Shown here: piece after piece, positions 31,148 through 42,083 of the stretch
Layout of the letters: each line of letters opens with the position of its first letter
How positions within the stretch are numbered: the stretch's first letter is position 1
DNA from: Candidatus Bathyarchaeota archaeon
GTDB taxonomy: Archaea; Thermoproteota; Bathyarchaeia; Bathyarchaeales; Bathycorpusculaceae
DNA length: 64,000 nt
Reading direction: 5' to 3'
NCBI GenBank assembly: GCA_963717465.1
Contig: OY970340.1
Location: forward strand, 1,824,001-1,888,000
The notes under the pieces: generated by a model
Database searches by the model: none
What the model was told of the DNA's origin: nothing
Seen by the model: the letters and a program-made list of their open reading frames with translations, nothing else
Position numbers and translations under genes: made by a program

Positions 31148-31184
31148 TTTCAAATTGAACTAAGCTGTTTTGCAGTGGTAGAAT

Positions 31185-31806
31185 GTGCCTAAAAATATGA
31201 AAATTGAATCCAGATTTTATGGTGGAACGCTTCAGCGTGTTCCAGTTCGACCATCGGAGTTAGACCGTTTCAAGCTTGGAAAAAAGAAATATTATGAAAT
31301 TGCAAGTTTAACTCAGAATGATGCACCTTTTTGTCTTGACATAGCTTGCGGTGCAAATCCTTTTCCTCATGCAAACATTCTCTGTGATCTCCATGCAACT
31401 CCAGTTCCTGATAGGCGCATGAAAAATCTCGTCACAAATGGAAAGCCCTTTGTTTTATGCAGCTGCAGTTTTCTTCCTTTTAAGGGAAAAGCGTTTGATT
31501 TTGTTACCAGCTATTATCTAATTGAGCATGTAGATGATCCTTGGAGTTTATTTAGGGAATTAAACCGCGTCTCGAAACACGGGTACATTCAATGTCCATC
31601 CTGGTTCAATGAACTTTTCTATGGCGAAGATGTGCATTCTTGGTTAGTGTTTAACCGAAAAGGCAAATTATTCGTGAAACCTATCAATGGTTCACTTCAT
31701 TTTGGTTTTATATTTAACAAATTGTATCAAGAATAAATCATGGCAAGTCTTACATGCAATCCTTGATGAAACTTTTCACCTATTCACGATTGGCTACAGC
31801 TTTTAA
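31185..31806 (+). CDS. Class I SAM-dependent methyltransferase (frameshift near 31730)
   Basis: LDIACG, LPFK..AFD and IEHVDDP motifs. Confidence 0.8.
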
Positions 31807-31820
31807 AGAGTTGACTGTGT

Positions 31821-32954
31821 TTGAGCGAGTACATTAGATCTTCACGGCCATTTTTTCCAAAAGAAGATACAATGCAAACATTTTGGCTGAAATCAACGCT
31901 GTTTTAGAAAATGGCCAACTTAGAAACGGCAAAAACGTTGAGCTTTTTGAAAAATTAGTTGCTCAATATGTAGGAATCAAGAATGCTGTTGCTTTTGATT
32001 CTGATTCAAGTGCTCTTGAAACAATCCTGCGCTACTATGGAGTAAAAGATAAGGAAGTAATAGTTTGCACGAACAGTTTCATTTCTATTCCTAACAGCGT
32101 TGTCTCAGCAGGCGGCAAAGTAGTTTTTTCTGATATACAAAAAAACTACGTTATCCATGGATCCTAGCAGCCTGCAAAAGAACTTGTCTAAAAAAACTTG
32201 TGGGGTTATTGTTACTCACATTGCTGGTTTTCCAAACCCTGATTTAGTTGCTATAAACGAAATTTGCAAAGAAAGAAATTTGTTCTTAATCGAAGATGCA
32301 ACTCACGCCTTAGGTGCCACTATTACTAATCAAAAAGTTGGAAGTTTCGGTGATGCAGCAATTTTTGCTTTTACACCTACAAAAGTTATGACAACTGGAG
32401 AAGGCGGAATGCTCGTATCTACTGATCCTGAGTTAGCCGAATTTGCTAAAAGATTCCGTTATTATGGTTCTGGGCCTGGAAAAACAAATTTTGTGGAATT
32501 AGGACGACACATGATGTTGCCTGAAATCTCGGCGATTCTAGGAATCTTCCAGTTGAAACGCCTCGAAGAGTTCGTTAACAAGAGAAATGAATTAGCACGC
32601 GTTTACGATGAATTGCTTAAGAAGGTTGAATCGGTTACTACAATTAATTGTTCAGCGGGCTGTAGAAGCAGTTACTACAAGTATCCTTTGGTATTAGATA
32701 GCAGAATTGATAGATCAGCATTTGTTATGTTGTTAGAGAAGGAGTTCGGCGTGGAAACTGGCAATGTCTTCTATCCACCGTGTCACCTTCAAGCGTTTTA
32801 CAAAAAACTCGGCAAAACATCATACAGTAGTCTTTTAACCTCTGAAAGTGTTCTCTCAAGAACTATTACTCTGCCAATGCATGTTGGACTAACAATCGAC
32901 AATGTCAAGTTTGTAGTAGCAAAGATTGCTTTTCTATGTTCAGAGATAGGTTAA
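31821..32954 (+). CDS. DegT-family sugar aminotransferase, second paralogue (two frameshifts)
   Basis: EDATHALG and FTPTKVMTTGEGGM motifs; N-terminus from TTG at 31821. Confidence 0.9.
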
Positions 32955-33097
32955 TTGCTTATGCTCTTCTAGAAATAAATGTTTAAGGCTATAGAACATT
33001 TCTTAGTTGTTCGGGATATGTTCTCCTTACATCTTTAAACCAATCGTGTCTCATAATTTAACATAATCTCAACTTGTTTTTCTAAGGAGTTTTTTTT

Positions 33098-33793
33098 ATG
33101 GTCGAGACACGTTCTCCAGTATCAGTTATAATTGCTTCCCTTAACGAGGAAGACGGAATAGGCCCAACAATCAAAGAGTTACAGTCTGTCATGATTAATT
33201 CTCATTTAATTGTTGTTGATGGCAACAGTGTTGACAAAACTATTGAAATCGCAAAAAACATGGGTGCTGATGTGCTTTTGCAAGAGGGCAAAGGCAAGGG
33301 TGATGCGATGTTTCAAGGTTTTCGCTTTAGAAACTCAAATTCACGATTTATAGTTTTCACAGATGCTGACTACACTTATCCTGCAGAGTTCGTTCCCAAA
33401 ATGATTGAGATACTAGAGCAAAGTCCGAATGTGGGAATGGTTATTGGCAACCGGTTTAAAGGTGAATATCTTGATAAATCGGTTAAGAATCCATTTTATC
33501 TTGGAAACAAACTGCTAGCAATTGCTCAACATGTAATGAATGGAGTTAATTTAGGTGATCCTTTGTCCGGTTTACGAGTCGTAAGAAGCGAAATACTTGA
33601 AAATTGGAAACCTAAAAGTAAAGGTTTTGATGTCGAAGCTGAATTGAATTCACTTGTTGAACGAAAAGGATACGATATAGTAGAAATTCCAATCGACTAC
33701 AGGATTAGACTTGGCGAAAAAAAATTAAAAGTTAGACACGGTTTCGGAATAATGAAAAGAATTATTTCCGAAAGCTTCACGTTTAAACATTAA
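33098..33793 (+). CDS. GT2 glycosyltransferase (Dol-P-Man synthase-like)
   Basis: VDGNSVD, GKG, DAD and R.GEKKL motifs. Confidence 0.92.
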   Translation: MVETRSPVSVIIASLNEEDGIGPTIKELQSVMINSHLIVVDGNSVDKTIEIAKNMGADVLLQEGKGKGDAMFQGFRFRNSNSRFIVFTDADYTYPAEFVPKMIEILEQSPNVGMVIGNRFKGEYLDKSVKNPFYLGNKLLAIAQHVMNGVNLGDPLSGLRVVRSEILENWKPKSKGFDVEAELNSLVERKGYDIVEIPIDYRIRLGEKKLKVRHGFGIMKRIISESFTFKH

Positions 33794-33853
33794 AAATTAA
33801 AATTGTATTCTGCTGATTGTTCCAATTTTTCTATTCTTTAGGGTGTTTTATAT

Positions 33854-34879
33854 TTGGTTAGAGTTGGTTTCATCGGTTTAGGTCACATGGGGCAGCTCCA
33901 CATGCTGAATGCTATTCGCATCGATGGTGTTGAGATAGTTGCCGCTGCTGACAAGAATCCAGAAAATCGCAAGTTTGCAGAAAAATATCACGTGAAAACT
34001 TACGATGATTATTGCAAGCTGATAGATTCCGAAAAATTAGATGCAGTGATTATTTCATTGCCCAATTTTCTTAAGAAAGAAAGCGTCTCTTACGCTGCAG
34101 AAAAAAAACTTGATATCTTCTTGGATAAACCAATTAGCAGAAATTTTGCTGAAGCCCAAGAAATCGTTAAGAAAATTGAAAAAGAAAAAGTCAGGATGAT
34201 GGTTGGAGTCAACTATCGTTATTTTCCATGTGTACAAAGGATGAAAGAAAAACTAGAACGAGGCGAAATAGGCGATGCAATCATTTGCACATCCGAATTA
34301 GTTTTAAACGGGCCTATTTCCCATGACGTAGTTCCTCATCCTGTTCCAGAATGGTGGCTTAGCAAAGATTTGGCAGGCGGTGGAGCATTGATTGATTTAG
34401 GCTATCATCTAATCGACATTTTCCGTTGGATGTTCGGCGATTTTGATGTTACATTTTCAAGCTTTGGGCATAATATGAACTTGCCTGTTGAAGATTCAGG
34501 TACCGTCGTCTTAAAATCAAAAACTGACAATTCAAGTTACGTCGTTAACACTGGCTGGTTCTCTAAATCCATTTTTCCCAACTTTAATTTCAGAATCAAT
34601 TTACATGGTACAGTAGGATTCGTTTCAACGGACAATTATATCCCGCCTAACGCGAAGTTCAATGCCATAAAAGAGGGCGCTTTGAACATGATTCGAAAAG
34701 CTTCTTTCAAAAAGTTAAGCTATCTTTCCTACACTTACTATTACTCGTCTTTTTACCAAATAATGGATTTGTTTTTCAAAACTTTGAAGAATGGTTCAGA
34801 TTTTCCAGTTACATCCCAGGAACAGCTGGACGTTATCAGAGTTATTGATTCTGCTTATCACTTTAATGGAGCAAAGTAG
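33854..34879 (+). CDS. Gfo/Idh/MocA oxidoreductase
   Basis: IGLGHMG, DKP and GGGALIDLGYH motifs. Confidence 0.93.
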   Translation: MVRVGFIGLGHMGQLHMLNAIRIDGVEIVAAADKNPENRKFAEKYHVKTYDDYCKLIDSEKLDAVIISLPNFLKKESVSYAAEKKLDIFLDKPISRNFAEAQEIVKKIEKEKVRMMVGVNYRYFPCVQRMKEKLERGEIGDAIICTSELVLNGPISHDVVPHPVPEWWLSKDLAGGGALIDLGYHLIDIFRWMFGDFDVTFSSFGHNMNLPVEDSGTVVLKSKTDNSSYVVNTGWFSKSIFPNFNFRINLHGTVGFVSTDNYIPPNAKFNAIKEGALNMIRKASFKKLSYLSYTYYYSSFYQIMDLFFKTLKNGSDFPVTSQEQLDVIRVIDSAYHFNGAK

Positions 34880-34880
34880 T

Positions 34881-35813
34881 ATGGCCAAAGTTGCTTTTAC
34901 AAGCGTCAAATCGGAACCATTCACCAACATTGCTATTAACGATGCAGTTGGGCGAGCGATAGATAAATTAGACTATAATTTTGCTAATGTTAAATCAGTG
35001 GTGATCAAGCCCAATTTGTGTTACTATTGGAATGCTTCGACTGGTGAAACAACGGATGGGCGAGTAGTCTCCGCTATTATTAATTACTTGAAAAACAAAA
35101 TTGGGGAAAATGTTAGTATTACTGTTGCTGAGGCTGATGCTTCAGCGATGAAAACCAAGTTCGCTTTCGATATTTTAGGCTATTCAGAACTATGCAAAAA
35201 GAATAATGTTAAATTGTTGAACTTAAGTGAAGGCAATATTTCCGATATGATTGCAAGAGTTAATGGAGAAAACATTACTTTGCCATTTCACCAAGATCTT
35301 TTGAATGCTGATTTAGTCATCAATGTTCCTAAATTGAAAACGCACAATTTTATCGGAATAACTTGCGCCATGAAAAACATGTTTGGTGCAATTTCTAAAC
35401 CCAGAAAGTTCAGCTATCACAAGAACATCAATAACGTAATAGTTGCGGCAAATAAAATTGCTAAATCACACATCGTTGTAGTAGACGGCTTGATTGTGCG
35501 AGGTTCTCACCCGAAAAGATTAGGCGCTATTTTGGCAGGTGACAATCCATTGTCTACTGATTTTGTGGCAGCTAAAGTTATGAGTTTTAATCCGCGAAGA
35601 GTGCCTTATTTGAGTTTAGCGGCGAGAGAGAAGCTTGGTGAAACAAGAAAGATTGGGTTAATCGAGGACGGCATTACGTTGGCTGAGGTTAAAAGGAAGT
35701 TTCCGCATTATAGTCATACAATTCACTCGATTTCTTGGGGTTTACAGTTAAAAATGCTCAGAACATACACAGCTGTTTCTGGAGATGTTCTTCCTCCATT
35801 CTTGGCAGAATAA
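34881..35813 (+). CDS. DUF362 domain protein
   Basis: VVIKPN, TTD, NVPKLKTH and MKN.FG motifs. Confidence 0.9.
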   Translation: MAKVAFTSVKSEPFTNIAINDAVGRAIDKLDYNFANVKSVVIKPNLCYYWNASTGETTDGRVVSAIINYLKNKIGENVSITVAEADASAMKTKFAFDILGYSELCKKNNVKLLNLSEGNISDMIARVNGENITLPFHQDLLNADLVINVPKLKTHNFIGITCAMKNMFGAISKPRKFSYHKNINNVIVAANKIAKSHIVVVDGLIVRGSHPKRLGAILAGDNPLSTDFVAAKVMSFNPRRVPYLSLAAREKLGETRKIGLIEDGITLAEVKRKFPHYSHTIHSISWGLQLKMLRTYTAVSGDVLPPFLAE

Positions 35814-35932
35814 AATTAATAGCTTCTTGCTTGACCAATAATTAGAAGATCTTTTTGGTTGAATGGCTGATTGAGTGGTTTGAAACGGCTAACTTAAAAC
35901 TCGTTTATTTTGAAGTTGAAGTGAGTTAGGTC

Positions 35933-37072
35933 ATGCTTCTTCTTCTTGACAGTCTGGTTCCTGTTTGGTGCATTAGCGCTTGGTCCTGCAGTTTTTATTT
36001 ATCTTTATACACGACATAAATCTTCAGTGTCTTGGCCGACAATCGTTGATGCTAATTACAGACCTAAAGTTTCAATCGTAATTCCTACGTACAATGAACA
36101 AGAAATTATTTCTTATAAACTTGCCAATTCAAGCAGTTTATCATATCCCAAAAAGTCTGCTGGAAATAATAATTGTTGATAGTAATTCATCTGACGACAC
36201 CGTTGAAATAATAAAGAGTTTTGCGCAAGATCAGAAAGACCTGAAAATCAAAATATTGGTTGAAAACGAGCGAAAAGGAAAATCCCACGCTTTAAACTAT
36301 GCCTTGCCACATTGCACTGGAGAAGTAATTGTAATTTCAGATGCTGACTGTTTTTGGCCTACTAACATTCTTGAAGCTGCTTTGCCTTTTTTAGCTGACC
36401 CAAAAGTCGGTGCAATTGGAGGCCCGAAGAACTCTTTTTAATTCAAGACAAACTTGGGTAACACGGATGGAAGAAAGATACCTTAAATCAGCAAATTTTG
36501 TAAGAGTCGGAGAATCAAAGGCTGGGTCAACGGTTTTTTTTGAGGGCGGTTTTAGCGCTTTTAAACGAGAAGCCCTGGATGAATTTGATCCTTATGATAC
36601 TGGATCTGATGACTGCGGTTCAATAATTGGGATTATAGAAAAAAATTATCGCGCAATGCTTGTTAAGGAAGCCAATTTTTATTCAAGCTTTCCCCCATCT
36701 TTTAAAGGTAAAATCAGCATCAAACTAAGACGAATCAATCAGTTAATCAGAGTTTTTGCAAAATACCTCGATTTACTAGTAAAAGGGAAAAATAAACGGA
36801 ACAAAAAGCACTGTCATACCTAATATTATTCTTTATTTGATTTCGCCAATCGCGTTCGTTACTTTCATTTTCCTCTCAATTTACCTATTTCTATCTTTTC
36901 CTTTGTTATTGCTCTTTTTTGTCTTTCTTCTTAATACCTGCAAGTGCGCTTTTACTTTTATGAAGTATTAGAAAGCAACGTTTTGCTTTTTATCTCATTG
37001 ATTGCCGTTTCTTTCGGAAAAAAATTCTCCGTTTGGTCAAAACCAGACGACAGAGTTTGGCAAACTGCATGA
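35933..37072 (+). CDS. GT2 glycosyltransferase, membrane-anchored processive type (several frameshifts)
   Basis: IPTYNE, DS.SSD, GKS.ALN, SDAD and DD motifs across ORF pieces; flanking TM segments. Confidence 0.82.
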
Positions 37073-37135
37073 CGTTTTTCATTCTTGAAGATTTCGAACG
37101 AGGCAATTTAAAACTTAAAAATGGTGTGTTAATTA

Positions 37136-38014
37136 ATGAGATTCTGATGTTTTGGTCACTGTTGGTTTGTGCGTTAAGAATTCTGAAGCAACCATTGAAA
37201 ATGCAGTTAATAGTATACTCAATCAGGATTTTCCTTTTGAATTAATGGAGCTTGTCGTAGTAGACGGGTACAGCAAAGACCGGACGATATCACATAATTA
37301 AAGAATTCTTAATTCAAACTGACTTAAGAAAAAAATTCTTCTATGAAAACCTAGGATTGGGGCAAGCTAGACAAACAGTGGTAAAAAACACTACTGCACC
37401 CTACATTATTTGGGTAGACGGGGATATGGAGTTGCCCAAGAATTTCATTTCAAAACAAGTTAAGTTCATGGATGCCAATCCGAAAGTAGGTATAGGAAAA
37501 GGCAAATATGGGTTAGACAAAACAGGCAAGTTAGTTGCAAACTTGGAGAATATGGAGTTTCTGATTAATTTTCATGAAGAGGGGGAGACTGATTCGAAGT
37601 CTCTTGGAACCTCAGGTTGCATCTATAGACTTGAAGCAATCAGGCAGGCTGGCGGTTTTGACCCTAACTTTCAAAGGTGTCGGTGAGGATATGGATGCTG
37701 AGTACAGAGTACGTCAACAAGGCTGGAAACTCTGTGTCACGGATGCTGTTTTTTATGAGAAGCGCCGGGATTCTTGGCGGTCACTTTGGGATGAGTATTT
37801 TTGGCACGGTTACGGTTGGCAATCACTCCTAACCAAGAACAGAGATATGATCAACATTGTTAAACTGTTGCCTCCGATTGCATTGATTATTGAGTGCATA
37901 AGAGTTCCTAAAGCGTACCGATTGACGTATCAGAAAACGGCTTTATTGTTACCTTTTCATTATTTTTTCAAGCGAATCGCTTGGTTTCTTGGTTTCATGA
38001 AAAGCCGCATATAA
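37136..38014 (+). CDS. GT2 glycosyltransferase (frameshifts)
   Basis: VTVGLCVKN, VDG.S.D, WVDGD and GGFD...GED across frames. Confidence 0.82.
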
Positions 38015-38040
38015 CTACAACTGCTTTGGCGGTTTTTAAG

Positions 38041-38911
38041 ATGCGGTACGTTGTAACTATCGGAGTCTGTGTAAAAAATGGTTCCCACTCTATTCTTAAT
38101 GCGCTTGAAAGTGTTATGGCTCAGGATTTTCCCCATGCGCTCATAGAAGTCATAATTGTCGACGATGGAAGCATCGATAACACGCTTTCAATGGTAAAAG
38201 ATTACTCATCAAAAATGGATATGAACGTCAAAATCCTCCATTTTGATTGGCAAGGCATCGGTCAATCCAGAAACATCATAGCCAAAAACGCTGAAGGCAA
38301 ATACATTGTCTGGGTAGACAGCGACATGGTGCTTTCAAAAAGTTTTGTTCAAGAACAATATGATTTCATGGAGAAACAACTTGAAAATCGGAATAGCAAA
38401 AGGCGTGTATGGAATTCTGCCAAATGCAAATTTGGTTGCCTCACTTGAAAACATGTCGTTTGTTTCTGAAAATTCAAAGTATGAATGCGGGACTGGCGGT
38501 GCCATTTACCGAACTGAAGCCTTAAGACAAGCAGGTTACTTCGATGCGAACTTAAGGCTTGCTGGAGAGGATCATGCTGCAGCATCCAGGATTAAGGCCT
38601 GCAGGATGGCTGCTTGAACGCAGCCCAGCTGTTTTTTTTGAACAACCAAGAACTTCATGGAATAAGCTTTGGACTAAATACTATAATTGGGGTTACGGAT
38701 CTGAATAGCGCTTGTCGTCAAAACCCCAATTTAATCGTTCTCTACCAAATGATTCCGTTAGCTGGGTTTGTTGGCGGATTTAAACGTTCACTGATTGCTT
38801 ACAAGTTAACGAGGCGATAAAAAGAATTTTCTTTTACCTATCCAGTTTATTTTCAAATTAACCGCTTGGTGCCTGGGTTACATGAAAGGGTACATGCACC
38901 TACAGAACTAA
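38041..38911 (+). CDS. GT2 glycosyltransferase, paralogue of the preceding gene (frameshifts)
   Basis: VTIGVCVKN, VDDGS.D, WVDSD and GYFD...GED. Confidence 0.82.
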
Positions 38912-38936
38912 AACAGAAATTAAAGAGGCAAGTGAA

Positions 38937-39720
38937 ATGATTATCTGAAACCTAATATCGATCAAAATCAAAGTGAAAAATTTCAAAACTGGTTTGAACA
39001 AAAAATTACTCTTTCAGATCCATGGTACAAGCTTATACTAAAAATGCTTAAAACAATAATGCCAAGTTTTGAAGGAAAAAGAGTTATGGAAGTCGGATGC
39101 GGGCTTGGGGTTTTTTGCATTCAAATAGCTAAAGAAAATGGTGAAGCCATAGGATTAGACATTTCAAAAAGTGCAATAATGGAAGCAAAAGACTTGTCAA
39201 GCCAATATGGCGTTAAAGATAAAGTCCAATTTGTCGTCAGTGATGCACGTTTTTTACCCTTTCAAAGACTGCTCAGAGGACTTAATTGTTTCTTCAGAAA
39301 CGCTGGAGCATATTGAAAACCATGAACAGGCTTTCCACGAATTCGCCAGGATCACTAACAATTCAGGGTACGTTTGCATCACAGTTCCAAACCTAATTAG
39401 CAGCCTGTTTTTTGAAATCGTTTTTTTTATGGTTATGGGTCAGCCTAAATACGTAAAACAGTTTCTTAATGTTGACAAAGAATACATTTTTCATTACTTT
39501 AAAGTCAAGCGCCTGGTTAACTCTGAAAAATTAAGATATTGTTGACATTCGCGGAACTGATTATGTCCATCTGCACCCCAAAATAACGAGGTTCTTCAAA
39601 CTAGGCAATGTTATCAACATGGTTTCAAGCGAGTTGGAAAATAAAAAATCTTGGCGTTTTTTTGGTGCAAACATCGGAATTATCGCTCAAGAAAAACTTG
39701 TGAAACCATTTAAATTTTAA
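38937..39720 (+). CDS. Class I SAM-dependent methyltransferase (frameshifts)
   Basis: EVGCGLG, ETLEH and ITVPN motifs. Confidence 0.82.
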
Positions 39721-39746
39721 CAGTTGCGATCTGGAAAAACAGAAAA

Positions 39747-40866
39747 GTGGACATTAAATATCGGGGTTTTTTCCCCAAGCCTTAGTCTTCTCGGAGGAGG
39801 AGAATTCGTTGCGATAGCTATTGCAAACGCTTTAGCTCAAAATGATTACAACGTTGGTATTTTTTACAACAAAAAAAGTGAATTCTCGGAAGATTAAGGA
39901 TTTTTATGGGGAAACCATTCATCCCTCAATTAAGAACTGTTGAGCAACCAACAGTAATATCCTCAAGAGGATTAGCTAGTTTTTACCAAGCAATATTGCG
40001 ATCCTACATAGCGAAAACAAACTGCAGCCTACTCATTGACCCGTACTCTAACTGTGTTTATCCTTGGACAAACATAAGTTACATTCATTACCCATACCTG
40101 AACCAGTATTCTTACAACAAAAAATTTCCATACATTGCAAGCCACCACCTCTTAGAAGTAGGAAGCCTTCCGTACGTTATACTTGAAAAAAACCTTGTAT
40201 CCTACGATAAAAAACTCGTCATTGCAAATAGCCACTACACCGCTGAAGAGATAAGGCAGTATTCTGGGGAACACGCTGAAGTGCTCTATCCGCCTTTCGC
40301 TTCACACATTCTAACAGCTGGCAAAACAGCATTCAAAAATCCAAATGAAAACTTGGTCGTGACAACATCCCGTTTTGAGCCGAACAAGAAGCTAGAGAGA
40401 ATTCCCCTGATAGCTTCTCAAACTGACTCAAGTATCAATTTTGCAGTGATCGGTCGATTATACCATAAAGGAACACTTGACGCTTTACAAAGCACTGTTA
40501 AAAAACTTGGCTTAACAGAGCGAGTAAAATTTTATCCAGATCTGCCCGCCCAAAACAAGATAGAATTGCTCAAGAAAGCCAAAATATACTTGCATACAAT
40601 GGTTGGAGAGCATTTTGGAATTTCCATTGTGGAAGCTTTAGCTTTAGGCTGCATCCCTATAGTTCATAATTCAGGTGGACTAAAAGAATTCGTGCCTGAT
40701 CAATACAGATACGACACAATACAGGAAGCTGCAGAGCAAAATAAATGATGCAGTCAGCGATTGGTCGCCTGAAAAAACAGAGGAAATGAAAAAAGGTTCT
40801 GAAAACTTTTCAATGTCCAATTTTTCAACCAGATTCATGGAGCTTTTCTCAAAATATTACGATTAA
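39747..40866 (+). CDS. GT4 glycosyltransferase, ALG11-like (frameshifts)
   Basis: GGGE, ANS.YT and EHFGISIVEA motifs. Confidence 0.85.
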
Positions 40867-40889
40867 ATTATGACACTTCAGGTGTCTTT

Positions 40890-42064
40890 ATGCATGTTTG
40901 CCATGTTTGGGAACGTTTTTGGCCGTTAGACATCGGCGGTTTAGAGCGTTACATAATCGGTTTATCACGTTTTTTAGCAAAGAATGAAAAAATAGATTTT
41001 TCCCTAGTAACGGGCAAAACGAAATTTTTGCTTGTTACTAAAAACATAAAAAAAGTCGAGGATGCACGGCTTCATAAAAGTTTACCGTTTGGGTCCAAAA
41101 CCCATCGATTTGGTAAACGGCGTTCTTCATGTATGCCCTTCGCACTCAACCACAATTTATAAAAAATGCAAAATTAGCAAGCCTTTGCCGAGAAGCCGCA
41201 AACTGGGAGACCGCTAAAACTGCAGATATTTTTCATATTCACGGTATTTGGGGCGACTTAGAATACATTAAGCTCGGTGTCTTCTTGAGTCAGCACTTCA
41301 AAAAACCTTTAGTTATAACACTTCATGGCGGATTCATTGGCGACCCCTTGATCGGAGGCATGCCCCTAACAAGCCCTGAAGTAAGAAAAATTTTATTCAG
41401 TGCAAATGCTATCACGACGTACTCCAAAGAAGTTTTTCTTGGACTTGAGCAAATGGGTCTCGACTCCAAAACACGTCTTATAACAAACTTTGTTAATACA
41501 ACATATTTCGCGAATCATAATCATTCCCTGCCTTCAGAAGGTACTGTGATTTTTGTCAGTAGACTTGAAGCCGTGCAAAATCCAGAAGTGATCATCAAAG
41601 CATTCAAATATGTAAACAAGGAATGTCCGAAAGCAAAACTCAACATTGTGGGTTACGGGACACAATTTGAGGCTCTAAAACATTTAATTACAGATTTGGG
41701 TCTTCAAGACTCTGTTTTCCTGATGGGAAAACAAACCGACGTCAGGCAATTCCTTTGGAACAGCGACATTTTTGTGGCTACAAACTTCGGATACATTGCT
41801 TCTCTTGAAGCTTGGTCCGCTGGTCTTGCAGTCATAGCTCCAAATTTTGGAATACTTAAAGAAATCATTTCTAACGGCGATAACGGATTGCTCGTTGCAC
41901 CGAACAATGCTGAACAGTTAGGCAATGCGATTATCGATCTCTTAAAAAACAGAGATTACCGGCTTTCTTTAGCTCTTAAGGGGTTTCAAACCGTAAAAGA
42001 TTACGATATTTCTTCAGTTGCGCCTAAAATGGCAGAAGTTTACCAGTACGCGATGGAAAACTAA
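40890..42064 (+). CDS. GT4 glycosyltransferase (frameshift)
   Basis: GGLE, ITLHG, SRL, LEA and NGLL motifs. Confidence 0.85.
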
Positions 42065-42083
42065 TTTTTTTGGAGACTAAAAA

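Noticed and set aside
29991..41162. Mass pseudogenisation or programmed frameshifting of glycan genes
   Set aside because: The same indel pattern hits essential rpsJ and trmI, so sequencing error is more parsimonious
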